Assembly: GCA_000934665.2 (NCBI GenBank)
Contig: KZ539041.1
Coordinates: 1-64,000 of the forward strand
Source of the DNA: Catajapyx aquilonaris
Lineage: Eukaryota
Length of the DNA: 64,000 bases
Direction of reading: 5' to 3'
Of this stretch, positions 38,855 to 52,432 are shown piece by piece. Position numbers and translations under genes: made by a program. The notes below the pieces were generated by a model. It was given only the letters and a program-made list of their open reading frames with translations. It ran no database searches and was not told where the DNA came from. Within the stretch, counting starts at the first letter, position 1. The number at the start of each line of letters is the position of its first letter.

Positions 38855-39845
38855 TACACACATGTATATGGTGCTGATCTTACTTTTGTTCAAACCGGCG
38901 AGACTAAAATTGATCCGGAAGCGCTCTTACCAAGGTTAAAGGTGCTACTCTATACTGTATATGTATGCTTCACGTTAGCCTCATTAATAACTAACTACAC
39001 GGACGCCATACTTTGCAAACTGGGCACTTAAAATTTCAGATTACAGTACATCGGATAGCTTTCATACACAAAATGGCAATACTGAAGAACTGCATATTAT
39101 TGCATTGCATTCAATAATTCGCTCTAAAATAATATGCTAAAAGCTGGTCAACATAATTTTTAAATACAGTTGCATGAATTCTCAAAATATGATGCTATTC
39201 ATAATATCTTGTTCAGTGAACGATACATTAAAACTGAAGCTTGTAATGCAACCAGCTATATCAATGCAGAGATGCTCATGAAATTACTGTTAATAATATT
39301 TCGCAGTTCTTTCCGGTATATCAACATTTAATCCCACCCACCTCCCCACATTGTAGGCTTTGTACGAATTCCGAAAAAGTGGCTCGTACATTGGGGTAAA
39401 AGGAGAGAAAGAAATGGGACACGTACATTAGCATACTTCATCGGATGAGGCCAACAGCCCCGTCAGTCGCTCGCAGTACGGCTGATGTCATTACGCTCTC
39501 AAATGCAGTGGGACTCTGTAGAGTCGAGTGGAGACTGGGAGGGGGGTATGACACGCGTCACCATGACAACACAGGGCGCACTACATTTGTTCTTGCTGCA
39601 ACAATTACTCTGAAAAGGAGAGGGTAGTTGGGGAGACGTCTTGGAAGAAACATTTTGAGGGGGTGGGGGGGCTTCCGCACCATTTTCCAGGAGGAAATGG
39701 GTGAGCTCATCCCCGAAGAGCGGAAAAGGGAGAAGAAAAGGGGAAGGAGAACTTCTGTCTGTTTGTCTTCACGCTCCAATGAGGCTTTCTTTGGTGCCCC
39801 TATTGTACTGTGGCAACCTCCCGCTTGCTTCTCTTCTTCTCTAAG

Positions 39846-39953
39846 GGACGCCGTCCATGAACTCGTGTTAGAGGAGCTTATGAAAGACTATCTAGACCAC
39901 ACCCACATTTTTATATGCTATTCTCTGGCATCAACTACTTCAGAAATTTTGAA
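39846..39953 (+). CDS. Candidate internal exon, product unknown
   Basis: Long pyrimidine acceptor (cttctcttcttctctaag) and donor gtaaga; only one frame is open across it (DAVHELVLEELMKDYLDHTHIFICYSLASTTSEIL). Confidence 0.2.
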
Positions 39954-40953
39954 GTAAGAATTGTGGCCAATTTGTTGCTTTGGAAAGTAATTGTACTAAT
40001 CTAGAGGAGCAGTTCATTGAAATCAATCAAGTGACATGGACTGCAGAGGGTGCATTAAAATTTGCATCACGATGTGGTGTGGCCAGTTTTTTATGTTGAA
40101 CACTTAAGTGTGACAACTCACTCGAACCGTGTGAAGGGTGGTGGGGCATTAATCGTTAGAAATACGAATTAATAATCTGGTACATTTATTACATTTCAAG
40201 TAGGCCGTATGTGACAAGTGTGTTTGAGGTTCAGCATTGGGGGAAAGAAATACAGTGAAGAATTTTTTAACCGGTGGAATTGTTGATATCACAAAAAAAT
40301 GTGATTTGGTGTGGACAATTCTTGAGTAAGGAATTTTTCTAACGTTTGGGAATTGGGAGGCATTAAACTCCATCAGGCAGATGTTCCAGCATGTCAAGAA
40401 TATTTCAGGAATTTTGAGTGTGGAGAGCGGCTAGTCACTCGGGCAGCTTTTTGTGTACAACCCGATCGTATCATAAATGATTAGGTGTAAATTCAACTAT
40501 TATTATTCCGCCGGCCTTTCCCTCTATTTATAACAAGGCTTTTTCATTCCGGTAGAAAAGAGTTATTCCACCTAGCAGAAACGCAGAATTTGAGTTGCTG
40601 ATGGCCATAACGAGCAACTAAATACTTCTACCTTCCTAACCCTATCAGGTTTTACGATTTGAAAATATCCCGCACGAAATTCCCCCACAACATGGTTAGG
40701 TTTCACCATCCCTAGAAGTTTGTTGCGCATGCATGGTGTTGCGTTTCGCCGTCGCCATAGTGACACCACACCCACCAAAAAACCTCACCTATAATGTTTG
40801 TCTTTAATTTTTACTGTCATCACGCTCGGCTTGCCTCCATGTCCCCAATCATTGTACCGTGGGGTTCGAGCTCTTTTCGAGTTTGGTGGGATGCATTTTC
40901 AGCTGCCACTTGGCAGGTCCTGAAGAAAGAAAGAAAAAAAAAAACGAAGAATG

Positions 40954-40981
40954 AGAAGAAGAAGAAGAAGAAGAAGAAGAA
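40954..40981. repeat. (AAG)n microsatellite
   Basis: Read directly from the sequence. Confidence 0.95.
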
Positions 40982-42886
40982 AACGCCCTCGAATCTTCTT
41001 TCCTTGCCTATCTTTTACAATCCTAATGCGACCAAATTTTACTTGCAGATACTACAAGCGGGAATAGTTTCCCTAGGAAAATGTCCCTGTAGTGAAAATT
41101 TATACGCTGGCCTGAGAGGAATTTGAACACCTACAATTCAATTAGACTCATTTCAGCTTATTTGCTCTGTAAATAATGATGAAGTACAAATTGACAACCA
41201 GTCACGAGCGCGTGCTAACCATGTGGGTTTTTTTTTCTTTCTTTTTCCCCCGCCCCTTTTTATGTCATTCCTTACCCACGTGGAATCAATTAAGATTTGG
41301 ATTGGGCTTTTCCCGGGCTGCGCACAAATTTCCCTGCGCGCTCTGGTGGCGGGGAGGCGTCCAAAGAAGGCGGGAATCCTTTGTTCTTGCGGAAGGCAAA
41401 ATATAGCTGGGCTCAGCAGGTGAGATGGATTTTCTGCCCTTCCCTTTTTTTTCCTATCCTCTTTTTCCTTATTCCCATGCAGCGGGCATGTTTCTAGGCA
41501 AGAAGGAGGCATCCAGAACTCGGTCTTTAGAAGGGCCTTTTGCCAGGCTTCTCCTCCTTCTCCTTTTTCCACACCCAGCCTTCCTCCTTCTTCCCATTAG
41601 GATGGCGCCTTGAGATGTAGTGAAACTCTACTACAGCTTTGATATGGGAGAGTGAATCCTGGGGCCCGGCCTGAATATCAATTTCGCAGCTCCGATCACC
41701 AGGCTCTCTCAGAAAAAAAAGAGAAGGTGGAGAAGGCTTAAGGGGTTCGGTGAAGAATATCATTGGGGTGTGATTTCGGCCATTTTCCTTTCACCTAGCA
41801 GTCCACTCTCGGAGGAGTCCATGCTGAGGGAGTCTTTTTGTTGCTAGTTTTTTGAGAGTAGTGCAGAATGGTATATAGGATAGGGGGAGGGGGGAACGAC
41901 AAGCGTCAATCACAGTCTAATATGAAGGTCCGAATTCCGTCTCTGCCAAGTCCCCTTCTATTTTTTCCACCGTGAACGATTTGGGCTGAGAGCAATTTTC
42001 CCCTAGCTTTTTTCCCCGTCCTTTTTTCCATCCCTCCTCCCTCCGGCAGCAACCAGCAACTCAGCAGTGCAATATATAAGAGGCAGGTAAATTGATATGT
42101 TCCTCCATCGATCCTATAAAGCTTTCAGCACTGTGTTCGCTATACGGCCCAAGCTTTCTCCGAAATTTATTTCAATGTTTCTCCAAAATTGATTCGGCTA
42201 AGAGAGTCTCCTCCTTATTTCTNGGGGAGGGATATTCCCCTCCCCTGCTAAGAAGGCGAAGAGATGCCAGGCGACGACATGACGTCTACTTTGCATTAGC
42301 CAATGACCTATGTGTTTGTTTCGTGTCACCACTTCCGGCTGGAGGCAGCGGATTTATTATTGTACGGATGCGACAAGTCTGCTGGAGGTGACGTTTCAAA
42401 GATCTGATGGGTAACTGATCTCTTTTTTCCTTCCTTTCCCATTTGTCACATGCTAGCTACTTTGCAAACTTGAGCACCCACGACGGATCTTTTGGGAAAC
42501 TCCTCTCCCCGTTAACGATAACAAGGGATTTCTGTATGACGGTCACCATTATACCGTTTTCACCGGTTTTCACGTAACGAAGCAGGAATCTATTTACAAA
42601 CCGAAGCCCACCAACCTTAGGAGAAATCCTCCCCTTTTCAGGAAATGTACAAAAGGCATCCATGACTGAAAATATAATGAACTGAGTGAGGGAGGTTCGG
42701 TTTGTTCGATGCACGATGCCATTGTAGTTGCTGGTAGGATTAGAGAAACTCTAGCATTCAATGCAACAGAGGCTTCCTCATTAGCTAGGATGTGAGCAAA
42801 CACTGCCTGCTTATGTCAGGCCGTACAGTAGAGCACGTTTTAAGTACCAATTAAATACCACGTGTACGAAAATAGCACATAATGTA

Positions 42887-43023
42887 CTATGGGGCTCAAA
42901 TGCTTTTGGCCACTTTATCCTGGTCTTGAAGCAACCCTTCACACAGGCCCCACGTTGAGTGTATGTGTGAAGGGTTGCTTCAAAACTAGGATAAAGTGGC
43001 CCAAAAGAATTTGAGCCCCATAG
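42887..43023. mobile_element. Fold-back MITE with TA flanks, 137 bp
   Basis: TA|CTATGGGGCTCAAAT...ATTTGAGCCCCATAG|TA; ~60-bp arms with 3 mismatches and 1 indel around an 18-nt loop. The palindrome extends to 42882-43028, so the exact termini are uncertain. Confidence 0.8.
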
Positions 43024-45639
43024 TACATAATCTCAAGGTTGCTAAAATATGATAAGTGGCATCGCTAATGATTTCAGAGAGTCAAAGAGTGAATAAATGC
43101 GTGGAGAATCCACGTTCCACCACCACATTAAATATTGATATCGGACCTCTGTTATAGCCTATGCTGTATGTACAGAAAGAAACCAGTGCAGACAAATTGG
43201 AATTGGCGAAACTACTTGAGGCGGTGAGTTCTCCGTAAATCTGCCCTCAGTGTGTTATTCTAAAAATCTAAATCATATACAGTGAGTTTGTGAAGTTACA
43301 ATAAAAGCACATGAATATCATTCTAAATATGCCAATAATTTTAGACAAAAACATGACAGCCATTGTAAACAGTGTCTGGAGGCCCAAAAATGTCTGACTC
43401 TTGTCACACATTCAGTTGATATTTTTGTTTTATTATTCCATCTGCCAGCCACCCTTTCTCCTCAGAAATTATAACTTAAACGCCCCCCCCCTCTCCCTCA
43501 GGGTCGCAATCTCCCACCATAAAAATATCATAAAAATCCATCCATAACAATGCGCACAATCACACCTAACCAACATCCTATACGATCTTCCGCATCTCCC
43601 ATTCTTTCTGTCTGTGTGTATGTGTGTGCGCTCCCGCGAGCGGCAATTTGGGGCTGATCTCCTCAGTAATGACATCAATACGTTAGCCACTAAAATCCTG
43701 GAAGCTAGGATATGAAAAATCCTTATGATGCCTGATTTCTCTCGGCTTCCGCTCTTAGTCGATAAAGTAATGAGGCAGCAGTGCGGACGAGCCCAAGCTC
43801 CAGACTATTGGGTTATCCCCCATCACCATTTTTCTACTGTACTATAGTCTACTAAACCAGCGCTCTTCTCCTTATTTTTTTTTTTTAACTTTCTTCTTCT
43901 TCTTTTTTGCCAGTGGCAGCCAGGTGGTGTTTTAGCTTCCCGGATTACTCGCCACTTGGCTCCAACTCATTCATGAAGTGCTGTTCGTGAGTCGCGAAAA
44001 GCCTTTGTTGATGTTCCCACCCTATTTTGCAGAGCTTCCCCCCCTTTAATTTTATCCAACCTGTTCATTTGCGTTTGTCTTCCATTATTGTAATCCGGAC
44101 ACGATATGCTGGGATTTTTTTTTTAAATTATTTACATTTTTTTTAACTATATGTAGGAAATTCTAGTAGTACCAACCTCTACTACCAGAATGAAAAAAAT
44201 GGCGTTGCTACGAGTTCTTCTCCCTCTTTCCCCGCGGCTCTGGCTTTAGAGGTACGGCAATCAATAACGGGACCGAGAGGCTGGAAACACCAAAGAGAAC
44301 GCTTTCACATGGTGCACGCTCCTTTCTGGGTATGTGCGTGCTTCCTCTTCCCCCTCCCCACCTCTTCCTTCTTCTCCTCCTTCTCCTTCTTCTTCTCCTT
44401 CTTCTCCCCCGCAACCCATCTCTAAGATTGCTCCAACGGGCCGCCCAATCTGGTTACACTGTGCACATCCAGCATGGCTGCCGCTCTAAGTGCAGCAGTT
44501 CCACTTGGCCGAATATATCTGAGGGAGCCGGGTATTTGGTGGGGTCTAGTAAATGGAGATGGACTGCACTGGCTAGCACTTATGATTATTTGAGTCTATA
44601 GCAGATATGGAAGCTAGAGAAGGAGCGTGCCTACTCACTAATCTTTAAAGCTGAGAAATAAATTATGATGGACTTTAAGTGTGTATTTGTGAAAAATTAG
44701 TTGTAAATCAATCCTGTAATGGCGACAACTTTGCAACTGAACCACGGTGCTCGTCGAAACAGCCTGGGTTTCGCGCCAAAAGTTGACTTCCTGAATTGTT
44801 CTGCATCAAATGTAAAATATGATCAATATCAAACCCTTATTAGTCATAAATCCTGAATTTGTGCATTTGCACCCAATTATCTAACCGAAATATCAGTCCT
44901 AAGCGGAAACGTCTCTTCGCGAATACCCGTTCGGCCATTGTCGAGGGCGTCTGTCCAGCCAACCAATCCCAGGTCACCACCTCACATCAATAAAGTTTTC
45001 CCCCACCGATCCAAACATGGGAAAGGGAAAGAATTGAGTCCAAAAAATGTGCTGAAAAAAAAGGCATGCACGCCATATGTGCCATAGGTGGAAACGTTTA
45101 TTGCACTACCCTATCAACAACCGAGTATGTCAAAGCAGCAGATGGGTTCTTTTTTCTATCTAGAGGGCGATGGCCTGATACCACACATCCATATGCGCAC
45201 ATTGATTGGGTGCCAGTTCTTTTCTCTACATCTTGACATTCTGAGGGAGGCCCACCTTTGCATGGCAGGCTAGCTTAGGCATATAGAAGCGAATGGGAGG
45301 TGTATTAGCGCGCCATCCGTGGAGGCCAATATCGGCTCTCGGCTTTGTCCTCCCCTCGGCCCAAAGTCCAATTTTTCACGCCTCTCTTCCCGCGAGGAGG
45401 TGCGCGAATTGATCCTGCAAGGTTTCATTCAGGTCCAAATTGGCTCCTCGGGCCCCACAAGGAAAGAAGGACGAAGCTTGGACCACCTCTTCGTCTCACA
45501 TCGATCCTTCTTTCTCCCTTCTTCCTTTTTTTTCAATAGAGTGTGGCCATGGCTTAGATACATTTTTTTTTTCATCTCTTCCATATATAGATTCGATATG
45601 AAAAATGGAATCTATGTACTATTTTGCTGTCCTAAGGAT

Positions 45640-45775
45640 AAACACTCTAACTTCAAAACGAGTAAGGGTGAAAGTCGCGTGCTTGCCATATACTAATCAC
45701 CCCCTGGCTCAATAGGGATTAGTGCAGGACATGCATGCGACTTTCACCCTTACTAGTTATGGAGTTAGGGAGTTT
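45640..45775 (+). other. Imperfect ~135-nt fold-back (candidate hairpin RNA or old MITE)
   Basis: ctaacttcaaaacgagtaagggtgaaagtcgcgtgc... pairs with ...gcatgcgactttcacccttactagttatggagttag; perfect 18-bp core agtaagggtgaaagtcgc/gcgactttcacccttact; several deviations are G-U compatible on the plus strand. Confidence 0.75.
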
Positions 45776-48700
45776 CTCCTTGTAGACGCCACCCGGTGTG
45801 ACCTATCCTAGATGGAGTTTTTGGAGCTAGGGGGTGGGGTAAGGCGTTTTCTTCAACCTCCCCCCCCCCTCCCCCATCTTCTTTTCCTTTCCTCCTCTGC
45901 TGCCGTTCGTTCGGCTCTCGACACATTCGAAATTTCCCGAAGGATTTGAAAGCCAACGCTGGAGGTTACGCTGCCTTTCTGACTGCCTCAAGCGCAGGAC
46001 GCGAGATGAGGAGGAAGGTGGAATGGGAGGGGGGGAATAGCGGGGATAGGGAGTTGGGGAGGAGGATGAAAAATGAAAATATCCATCTCACATGCAATCA
46101 GGGGGATTTATGACTTAGCATGCAGCATCAAAGAGGACCGATGTCACTCGACGGCAATGGCGTTCGTCGGTTTTGTTTGCAGAAAATTACGCGATTATCG
46201 CCTCTAGGAGCGCTCTGTAACGTTGTTGACACATGCTCATATTGGGCAAAAAGATGTCTCTTGCCGTGTTTTTTTGCAAAGTGGATTACCCCCAGTTTGA
46301 TTATATTGATGGTTTTATCGAGGGTGCTGCTGTCAGCCTATGTGGACGGGACACTTCATCTTGGTACACTTGGGCGAGTCCAACCACCGCCTTTGCCATT
46401 CTCTAAATGACACTAGTGCAATGCAACTGTCCTCTGATTACAAAGGGGGAAGTGAGTCATAGGCCAGTGCTTCCTGTCAGAATTCAGGAGTTGCAAGAAG
46501 TCAGAGGACCCATTAACCACCACCCTCAACCATTACTCCCAGCAATTATGACCAGCCGCAAATCCCCCCTTCTCTAAAGCCGGTTCCTCCTCTATCATCT
46601 GTTCTTGTAGGTTGAAATCGCTTGGAAATGGCTGCTCGCAATTAAGAAGCCGACGCAGCCACCCCCCCCCCCCCCCCNTGGGAGGAAGGGGGTGGAGATG
46701 GCGGGGAGAAGTGGGTTAAAAACAAGTGCAACAAGTTGGATTGGAAATTCACCTTACATGCATATTGCGGCGTATTGATCCAACGCTCGATGGCCATTGC
46801 AGAAGACAAATATGGAACTCTACCTGATATTTGGTTGGACGGGGAGGGGGTGGGGTGAACTCACTCGCAAGTCGGTACTAACGAAATTAAAGTTTCAGGG
46901 AGTGTACACAGTCTGCGGATCCATATGAGATGAATATGGGTAGGGAGGATGTTAACCTCGTCAAAAAAGTGACCTGTTTGTTTATGAATTGAAATAAGTG
47001 GTTTGAACTGCGCGCCTGTTAGTTTGCGGTATGCTCACTAGGGGCATGAATTGAATAGCGCAATGGACGTATGATTCATCTTAGAGCCTGTAACTTCGAA
47101 GTTCGGCCATTTTTTGTTCTATTGGATGATTCAGTTGCACTCGAATAATTGTTAAGATTATTCAAAAATTGCAGTGTTGGGGCTCAAATGTTCTCGAAAT
47201 TGCAAGAGGCCCATTACACTCGAAGGCTGCTCCGAAACAAAGACATTGATTGCGTCAGCTGCCTTGTCCACCAATCAATTGTGGGCCGGATGGGTTCATT
47301 TACCAATAATGACACACTAGCCATAAAATTAAGCCCTCCTCCCCCATAGTAATTTGGGGTCGAAAATTATTTTAAAACAAGGGCAATTTTTCTGTCTACC
47401 CCCCCAACCTACACCACCTACCACAACCACCGAAAGTCACCTGCTCCTTTTATTTATTTTTTTCTATTCTCTCTCTTCACGATTGGCTCGAGCTTGAAAT
47501 CAAGAGGATTTCCGTTGCTTTCCCGAAGAACCCTCACCGAAAAGGCGAAGCCGTACAATCGCACCGTGTTTCCGACAAACTCACAACCCCCCTCCCCCCT
47601 CCTTCTACCTCCTACCCAACCTCCCTATCCCCCACCCACCCTGCACTCCCAACATCTCCATATATCGAGTAGCTACAGTATAGACCTGCCCCCGTTTGGA
47701 AATTTTATTGAAAAAGTTCTCTCCGCTATGTAGGCTTATAGAGGGGGATTGGAATTTTCAGAATCCAACTTGAGCCTTGAAGGCATAGCAAAATATTATC
47801 GACGCCGAAGGAATTTTCTCTGACGGGCTGGGGCTGGGTATAGCAAAGAGGGGAGGGAGGAGAAGGGGGACGTAGAAGGAGAGAGAGAGAGAGAGGGAAA
47901 AAGGGAAAAAAGATAGAGAGGCCGAAGCTTCGCAGGGGCGCCTGTCGCAGTGCAGAATGGAAGTCGGATATAGGCACGTTTTGCCGTCGCCATCCAAGCC
48001 CAAAGGTGTTATCGAGTTCCATAACGATAGCGGCACCCCCCCCCTCCCCTTCTCTCCTCCTCTCTCCATGTTGAAGTCATAGGCCCCAGCTACCGTTTCC
48101 CTCCCACCCAACCTCCATGTACTTCTTAGATAGCAGTGCCATACTTTACACCCCCTCCAGCAGCCCAAATGTGCTCTAATAGATTGCAGCCGACTTGTCA
48201 ATAAAGATGAGTTGCTATCCTGGAAGCGGATTTAGGCAGGGTGTGCCATCAGGAGGTCAAATTTGTGAGGATTGCTTTGTTACTTGAGGATTCCTAGGAG
48301 AGTTTTTGGGCGGGAAGAAAATGGCGGGAAAAACTGAGGGGGGGCACTAATGGTGGCGGCGTTATTGTGGGCAGGAAATGCAGGCGTCTTTCATCCTCAA
48401 GTGTCTTATTGGTAAAAGAAAGAGAAGACAAGGTTCCCTAGTCTGGACCTCCTGTCGTAAAATGGGTGGGTAGGGGGCAGCAGGTTGCAACAGTTGGTGA
48501 ATTATAGGAGGCTTGAGATAGACGTGTCATTACTTGGGAGGTTAGTACAGTGGGGTTTTCTGGTCACTTGAAATTTGAGTAATTTTTAATGAATATTTGA
48601 ATCCACGTTAATAAGCACGTGAGTGTTTTTCTGCTCATTTTCTGCCAAAAATCAAGCTATGTCGCAAAGAATCGTAACAATTAAGACAGGTTTTACTCGA

Positions 48701-49335
48701 TTCACTCAGATTTTTGGTTCTTAACTGTGCTTGATAGTGCCTAGTTAAAAGTAAATGCAAGAATTACAATATCCAACATATAATGTTTCGAATTTACAAT
48801 AATTTTAAGTTTCAAATCGTATCCGTAAATTAATAACTGGTATGGCATTTTTAGATGATGCCAAATTTTTTCTAGCGCATTTTTTACTAGAACTGACATT
48901 TGATTAACTTGATATGCAAATTATTTGAAGGGTTGCCACACGATACGTAATTATGACGTTTATTAAATGGATGTTTGAGTGAATAATATGTGTGTTAAAA
49001 TATACTTTGCCATATACCACTACTGATTCAAATTAAAGTAAACATTATTTCCAGTTAGGGAACCTTCTGAGACGTTACAAAACTGACATAGCAGTATAGG
49101 GGTACAACGCACCAACAATTGACCGGTCGGTATGCATATCAGGCAGTTTCTCTTTAGGAACCTTCTCATACCTCCAGCAGTCATCGTCTGGCTGGATATA
49201 GGTGGGGGAAGGGACCTTTAAATCATTTTTCCCGACTCCCTGACACAGTGAGATGAGGGAGCAGCTGCAACTGGAAGAAAAAGAAAAGGGAACCAATCTG
49301 GCGCGCGAATATTGTGTCAATCAAGTCGCACTTAC

Positions 49336-49377
49336 CGGACGCAGATCTTCGGATGAGAAGCTGAGAGGAAGCTCCAT
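49336..49377 (-). CDS. Candidate first coding exon (MELPLSFSSEDLRP) of a minus-strand gene
   Basis: ATG 40 nt from the CDE-CHR element, 14 codons, consensus donor ccg|gtaagt, and a strong acceptor cttttctttttcttccag at ~49271. The downstream frame is ambiguous. Confidence 0.3.
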
Positions 49378-49416
49378 GAAAATTTCCTTTTTCCCTCCTC
49401 CAATTTGGAATGCGCC

Positions 49417-49519
49417 TTTCAAATTGGGCGCGCACCAGATGTGACGTGGAGCCTGACGTCACTGCCGCTCCAGGGCCCTCCCAGTGATCCAATCAGCGGA
49501 GAACGCGCCCAAATTGAAA
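49417..49519. promoter_or_regulatory. Symmetric, probably bidirectional promoter: two outward-facing CDE-CHR-like elements around CRE and CCAAT sites
   Basis: cgcgcccaaTTTGAAa on the minus strand (49417-49432) and cgcgcccaaATTGAAa on the plus strand (49504-49519), 15/16 identical; between them gtgacgt (49441-49447), TGACGTCA (49454-49461) and CCAATCAG (49489-49496). Confidence 0.65.
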
Positions 49520-50039
49520 ATTTCTCCTTTTCGACTCGTCTCTTCCTACTCATCCGCTTCCCTTCCTGCCTCATATGATTAAATCTCGTAAAGCAGTCAC
49601 ATCTTCCTCTTCCCCCGGATAGAAAAAAAATGGCGGGGGAGGGAGGGGGGTAGGGAGGATGGGGAGAAGTCCCCTCGGGGAGATTCCAATTTGGACGATA
49701 TTCCAGCAGATCGTGATTACATTTTTAGCCTTGTCGATGCTATTGCATTTTTATTATCCTGCTAATTGAGTGGGGGCAAGTGACACGGTCCCGAGTCGGG
49801 AGATCCTGAATGGCTCTGGGGATACTATTACGCTTTTATTGTTTTGGTGAGAACCTAATGAAATTAAGACGTTAACTTCTGTCGGGGAGGAAAATGGGCG
49901 GGGTGTAGGGAAATGGCGTTAAGTAGGCTGGGATCCTGCTTCATTTAAGGCGGCAGAAGAAGCTAAAGGACTCCCCCTGCCTTTTTTTGCCATGAAACGA
50001 TCCTAAACGGGCCTAATTGCGAAATTAGACGCCACCTTT

Positions 50040-50285
50040 TTATTTCAATAAATTAAAGGATGAAGCTATATTTTTATTTCAAACGATCAATGAATGAAAC
50101 TACAGTACATTTTATTTTAAACATTACACGCTAAAACCACAGTATATCAAGTTAAAAATTGAAAATAAAAACATTTTTATCTTTAAAGATAACAGTTCAA
50201 ATTTAAAGGATGAAAATATTTATTTTACTTTACAAATTAAATGGATTAAAAACATTTTCAATTTAATTTATCATGTGATGAACCA
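50040..50285. repeat. Degenerate AT-rich minisatellite (unit ~30-34 bp, approx. aaattaaaggatgaaaatattttatttt)
   Basis: ttaaaggatgaa recurs at ~50053 and ~50203, with diverged units between and after. Confidence 0.6.
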
Positions 50286-51126
50286 TGAGTGTTTGCTGGC
50301 ACCAACTCATAAGCTGGAGGAAATGGCGGCTCGAAATTAAATGATCAATCTGGAGCTTTTTATCTGATGGCGCTTCTCACGACATGATATTCTTCACGGC
50401 TCACACCAATGGCGTCTTTTTTTTCAAGTTTGAGCAATTCTTAGCCCAGATTGAAAAAAATGTTGGTTCATTTCTTCCCCGGCCGTTCTCGCCTTGTGTG
50501 ACTCAATTTAATTTCCTGCCCATTTTCTGGCCGGGAGCATTTGGGGAAAATTAGGGGCGTAATCAACAGGTAGTGCCTTTTAAGGAGGAAAAGACCGTAT
50601 TCAGAATCTTAAAGCATCGTGCTGATAATCCGGCCTGCAAACTTGATCCTGTCCGGGACTTATTAAGAGATTCAAATGCACGTTTGTGGAGGGGGCTTGA
50701 AGGAGGATGGGGAGGGGGGTTCATCTCATGAGGTTAATCCGAAATGTGATAACTCCCCATATATGCGCACATCAAGACAGCGGGAAAATCTCCGGCATAA
50801 AATGTAGGGAAGCATTTTTCCGGTGCAGAATACGCCTAGAGGTATAGTACAGTAAAATTCCGGGCTTAAACTGAATCTGGGGCATTCCTTAGAGGCGTGA
50901 TTACTTTTCTTGTATTATATATACGTGCGTCTTCCCCACTCCCTCCCTTTTTTGCGAGCTAGCTTGGCAAGGAAGAGTTAAACTCGATCATTGTCAGCAT
51001 CAAGAATGTAAATCCGCCTAATTCCTGCGGCATGAGTTTTGTTTCGGAAGGTGAAGCTCCAGAAAAAAAAGGAGATGGATTTTTAAAAAGGAAGAGCTGG
51101 ATACATTAAAGTCAGAAATGGCCTGC

Positions 51127-51300
51127 TTCTGACTACACTGCAAACCAATATGGCCGCCAACTGCACTGGTCTCCGTCCACCTCACGAGTTAACTACTGCA
51201 AAAATACAGCTTGACACTTTGAAACAGGTCCGTACAGTGCACAGCAGGAAGCCGGAGTTTGGCACAACAAGTACATATACTCAGAAAGGCCTAAATGAAA
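51127..51300 (+). repeat. Diverged ~170-bp direct repeat, copy 1
   Basis: Aligns end to end with 52433-52605 (shared tgcaaaccaatatggccgccaac, ctcacgagttaacta, tacagcttgacac, aacaggtccgtac, ggagtttggcacaacaagt). Confidence 0.9.
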
Positions 51301-51988
51301 TGTCTAAAATGGTTTTAGAAAGGAAAACCTGTGGGAGACACCGCGGTGTGGGATCGTTTTTTCCACCCCGTTTTCCTCATGTAGGGGAAAAAGGGAGGGA
51401 AAACGGGGAGCTGGGAAAAGCAAGAATGAATTTTGATGAAAAGCGGGCCGGATGAGCCGAGGCGGGTTTTTGCTCGCTGGCTGGGAAGATGGACCCCGAG
51501 CCTCCTAAAGCCCGCCCTGATACATGGAGAAGCTCCCAAGGATTAGGATGGACTCTTTCTCATCTCGCAGAGTATGAGCCGCGTCCCTCAGGACTCATCC
51601 CAACCCTCCCCCCCACCCTGACTTATGACAACGGCCACCCCTTGCTTTTTTTCGTTTTTTTCTTTTTTTTCCGCGAAACGAAAAAAAATACCGGGCAAGA
51701 TACATCTCTAAAGGTAGGTTGAATTCATTCCTGGGTTGGGAGGTGCGAGTGTCGGCAGAAGATTAGGGCGGCGTCGGCAGCGTCCTTGCGGGAGTTGTTG
51801 GCTCAGATTAGAGCCATAAGGAAGCTAATGGCAGGTGTAGTGGGTTGCAAGAGTCGGGCGGCCTGGGAAACGAGCTGGAGGATGTTTTACACTGTTTAGT
51901 GCGTCCTCAAGCGCTGTACTTTCATTTTGCTACCCGAAAGGTCGACGACGGGCAAAGCTGCTATAAAAGGCGGAAAAAATCTCTTCCC

Positions 51989-51998
51989 NNNNNNNNNN
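51989..51998. other. Assembly gap (N run)
   Basis: N run inside a poly-C tract. Confidence 0.99.
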
Positions 51999-52432
51999 CC
52001 CCCCCCCTCCCACCCCCTTCCTCCCCATGCTTCCCACTCCTCTCCACCCGAAATTACTGGCAGGCGAAAAGATCCAGCAGGAGAGGGGCTTTCCGCCAAT
52101 CAGGACGAGCCGAGCAGATACTCGCCCTCTTCATTCCCATCGTAAAGAAAGAAAATCTACGATCTTCCAGACGTGCTATACCCGCCCCCACTTATGCTCC
52201 GCACTGCCTGCACTATCTCGACTTTATTATCCACACTACTGCCGATCCCTGTATGCGACACTCATTCATTCCTGCCAGATTGGCTCGCCTGCAGAAATCA
52301 TTTGCCGACGGATCACATTTTGACGACTGCTTCATGGGGCTTGGGAGGAATCACGTGGAACGATATATTGTTGGAACCTATACTTTGGATGGGTGTGGGA
52401 TTTTTGTGAAGGTTATTATGTTGGCAATATGC

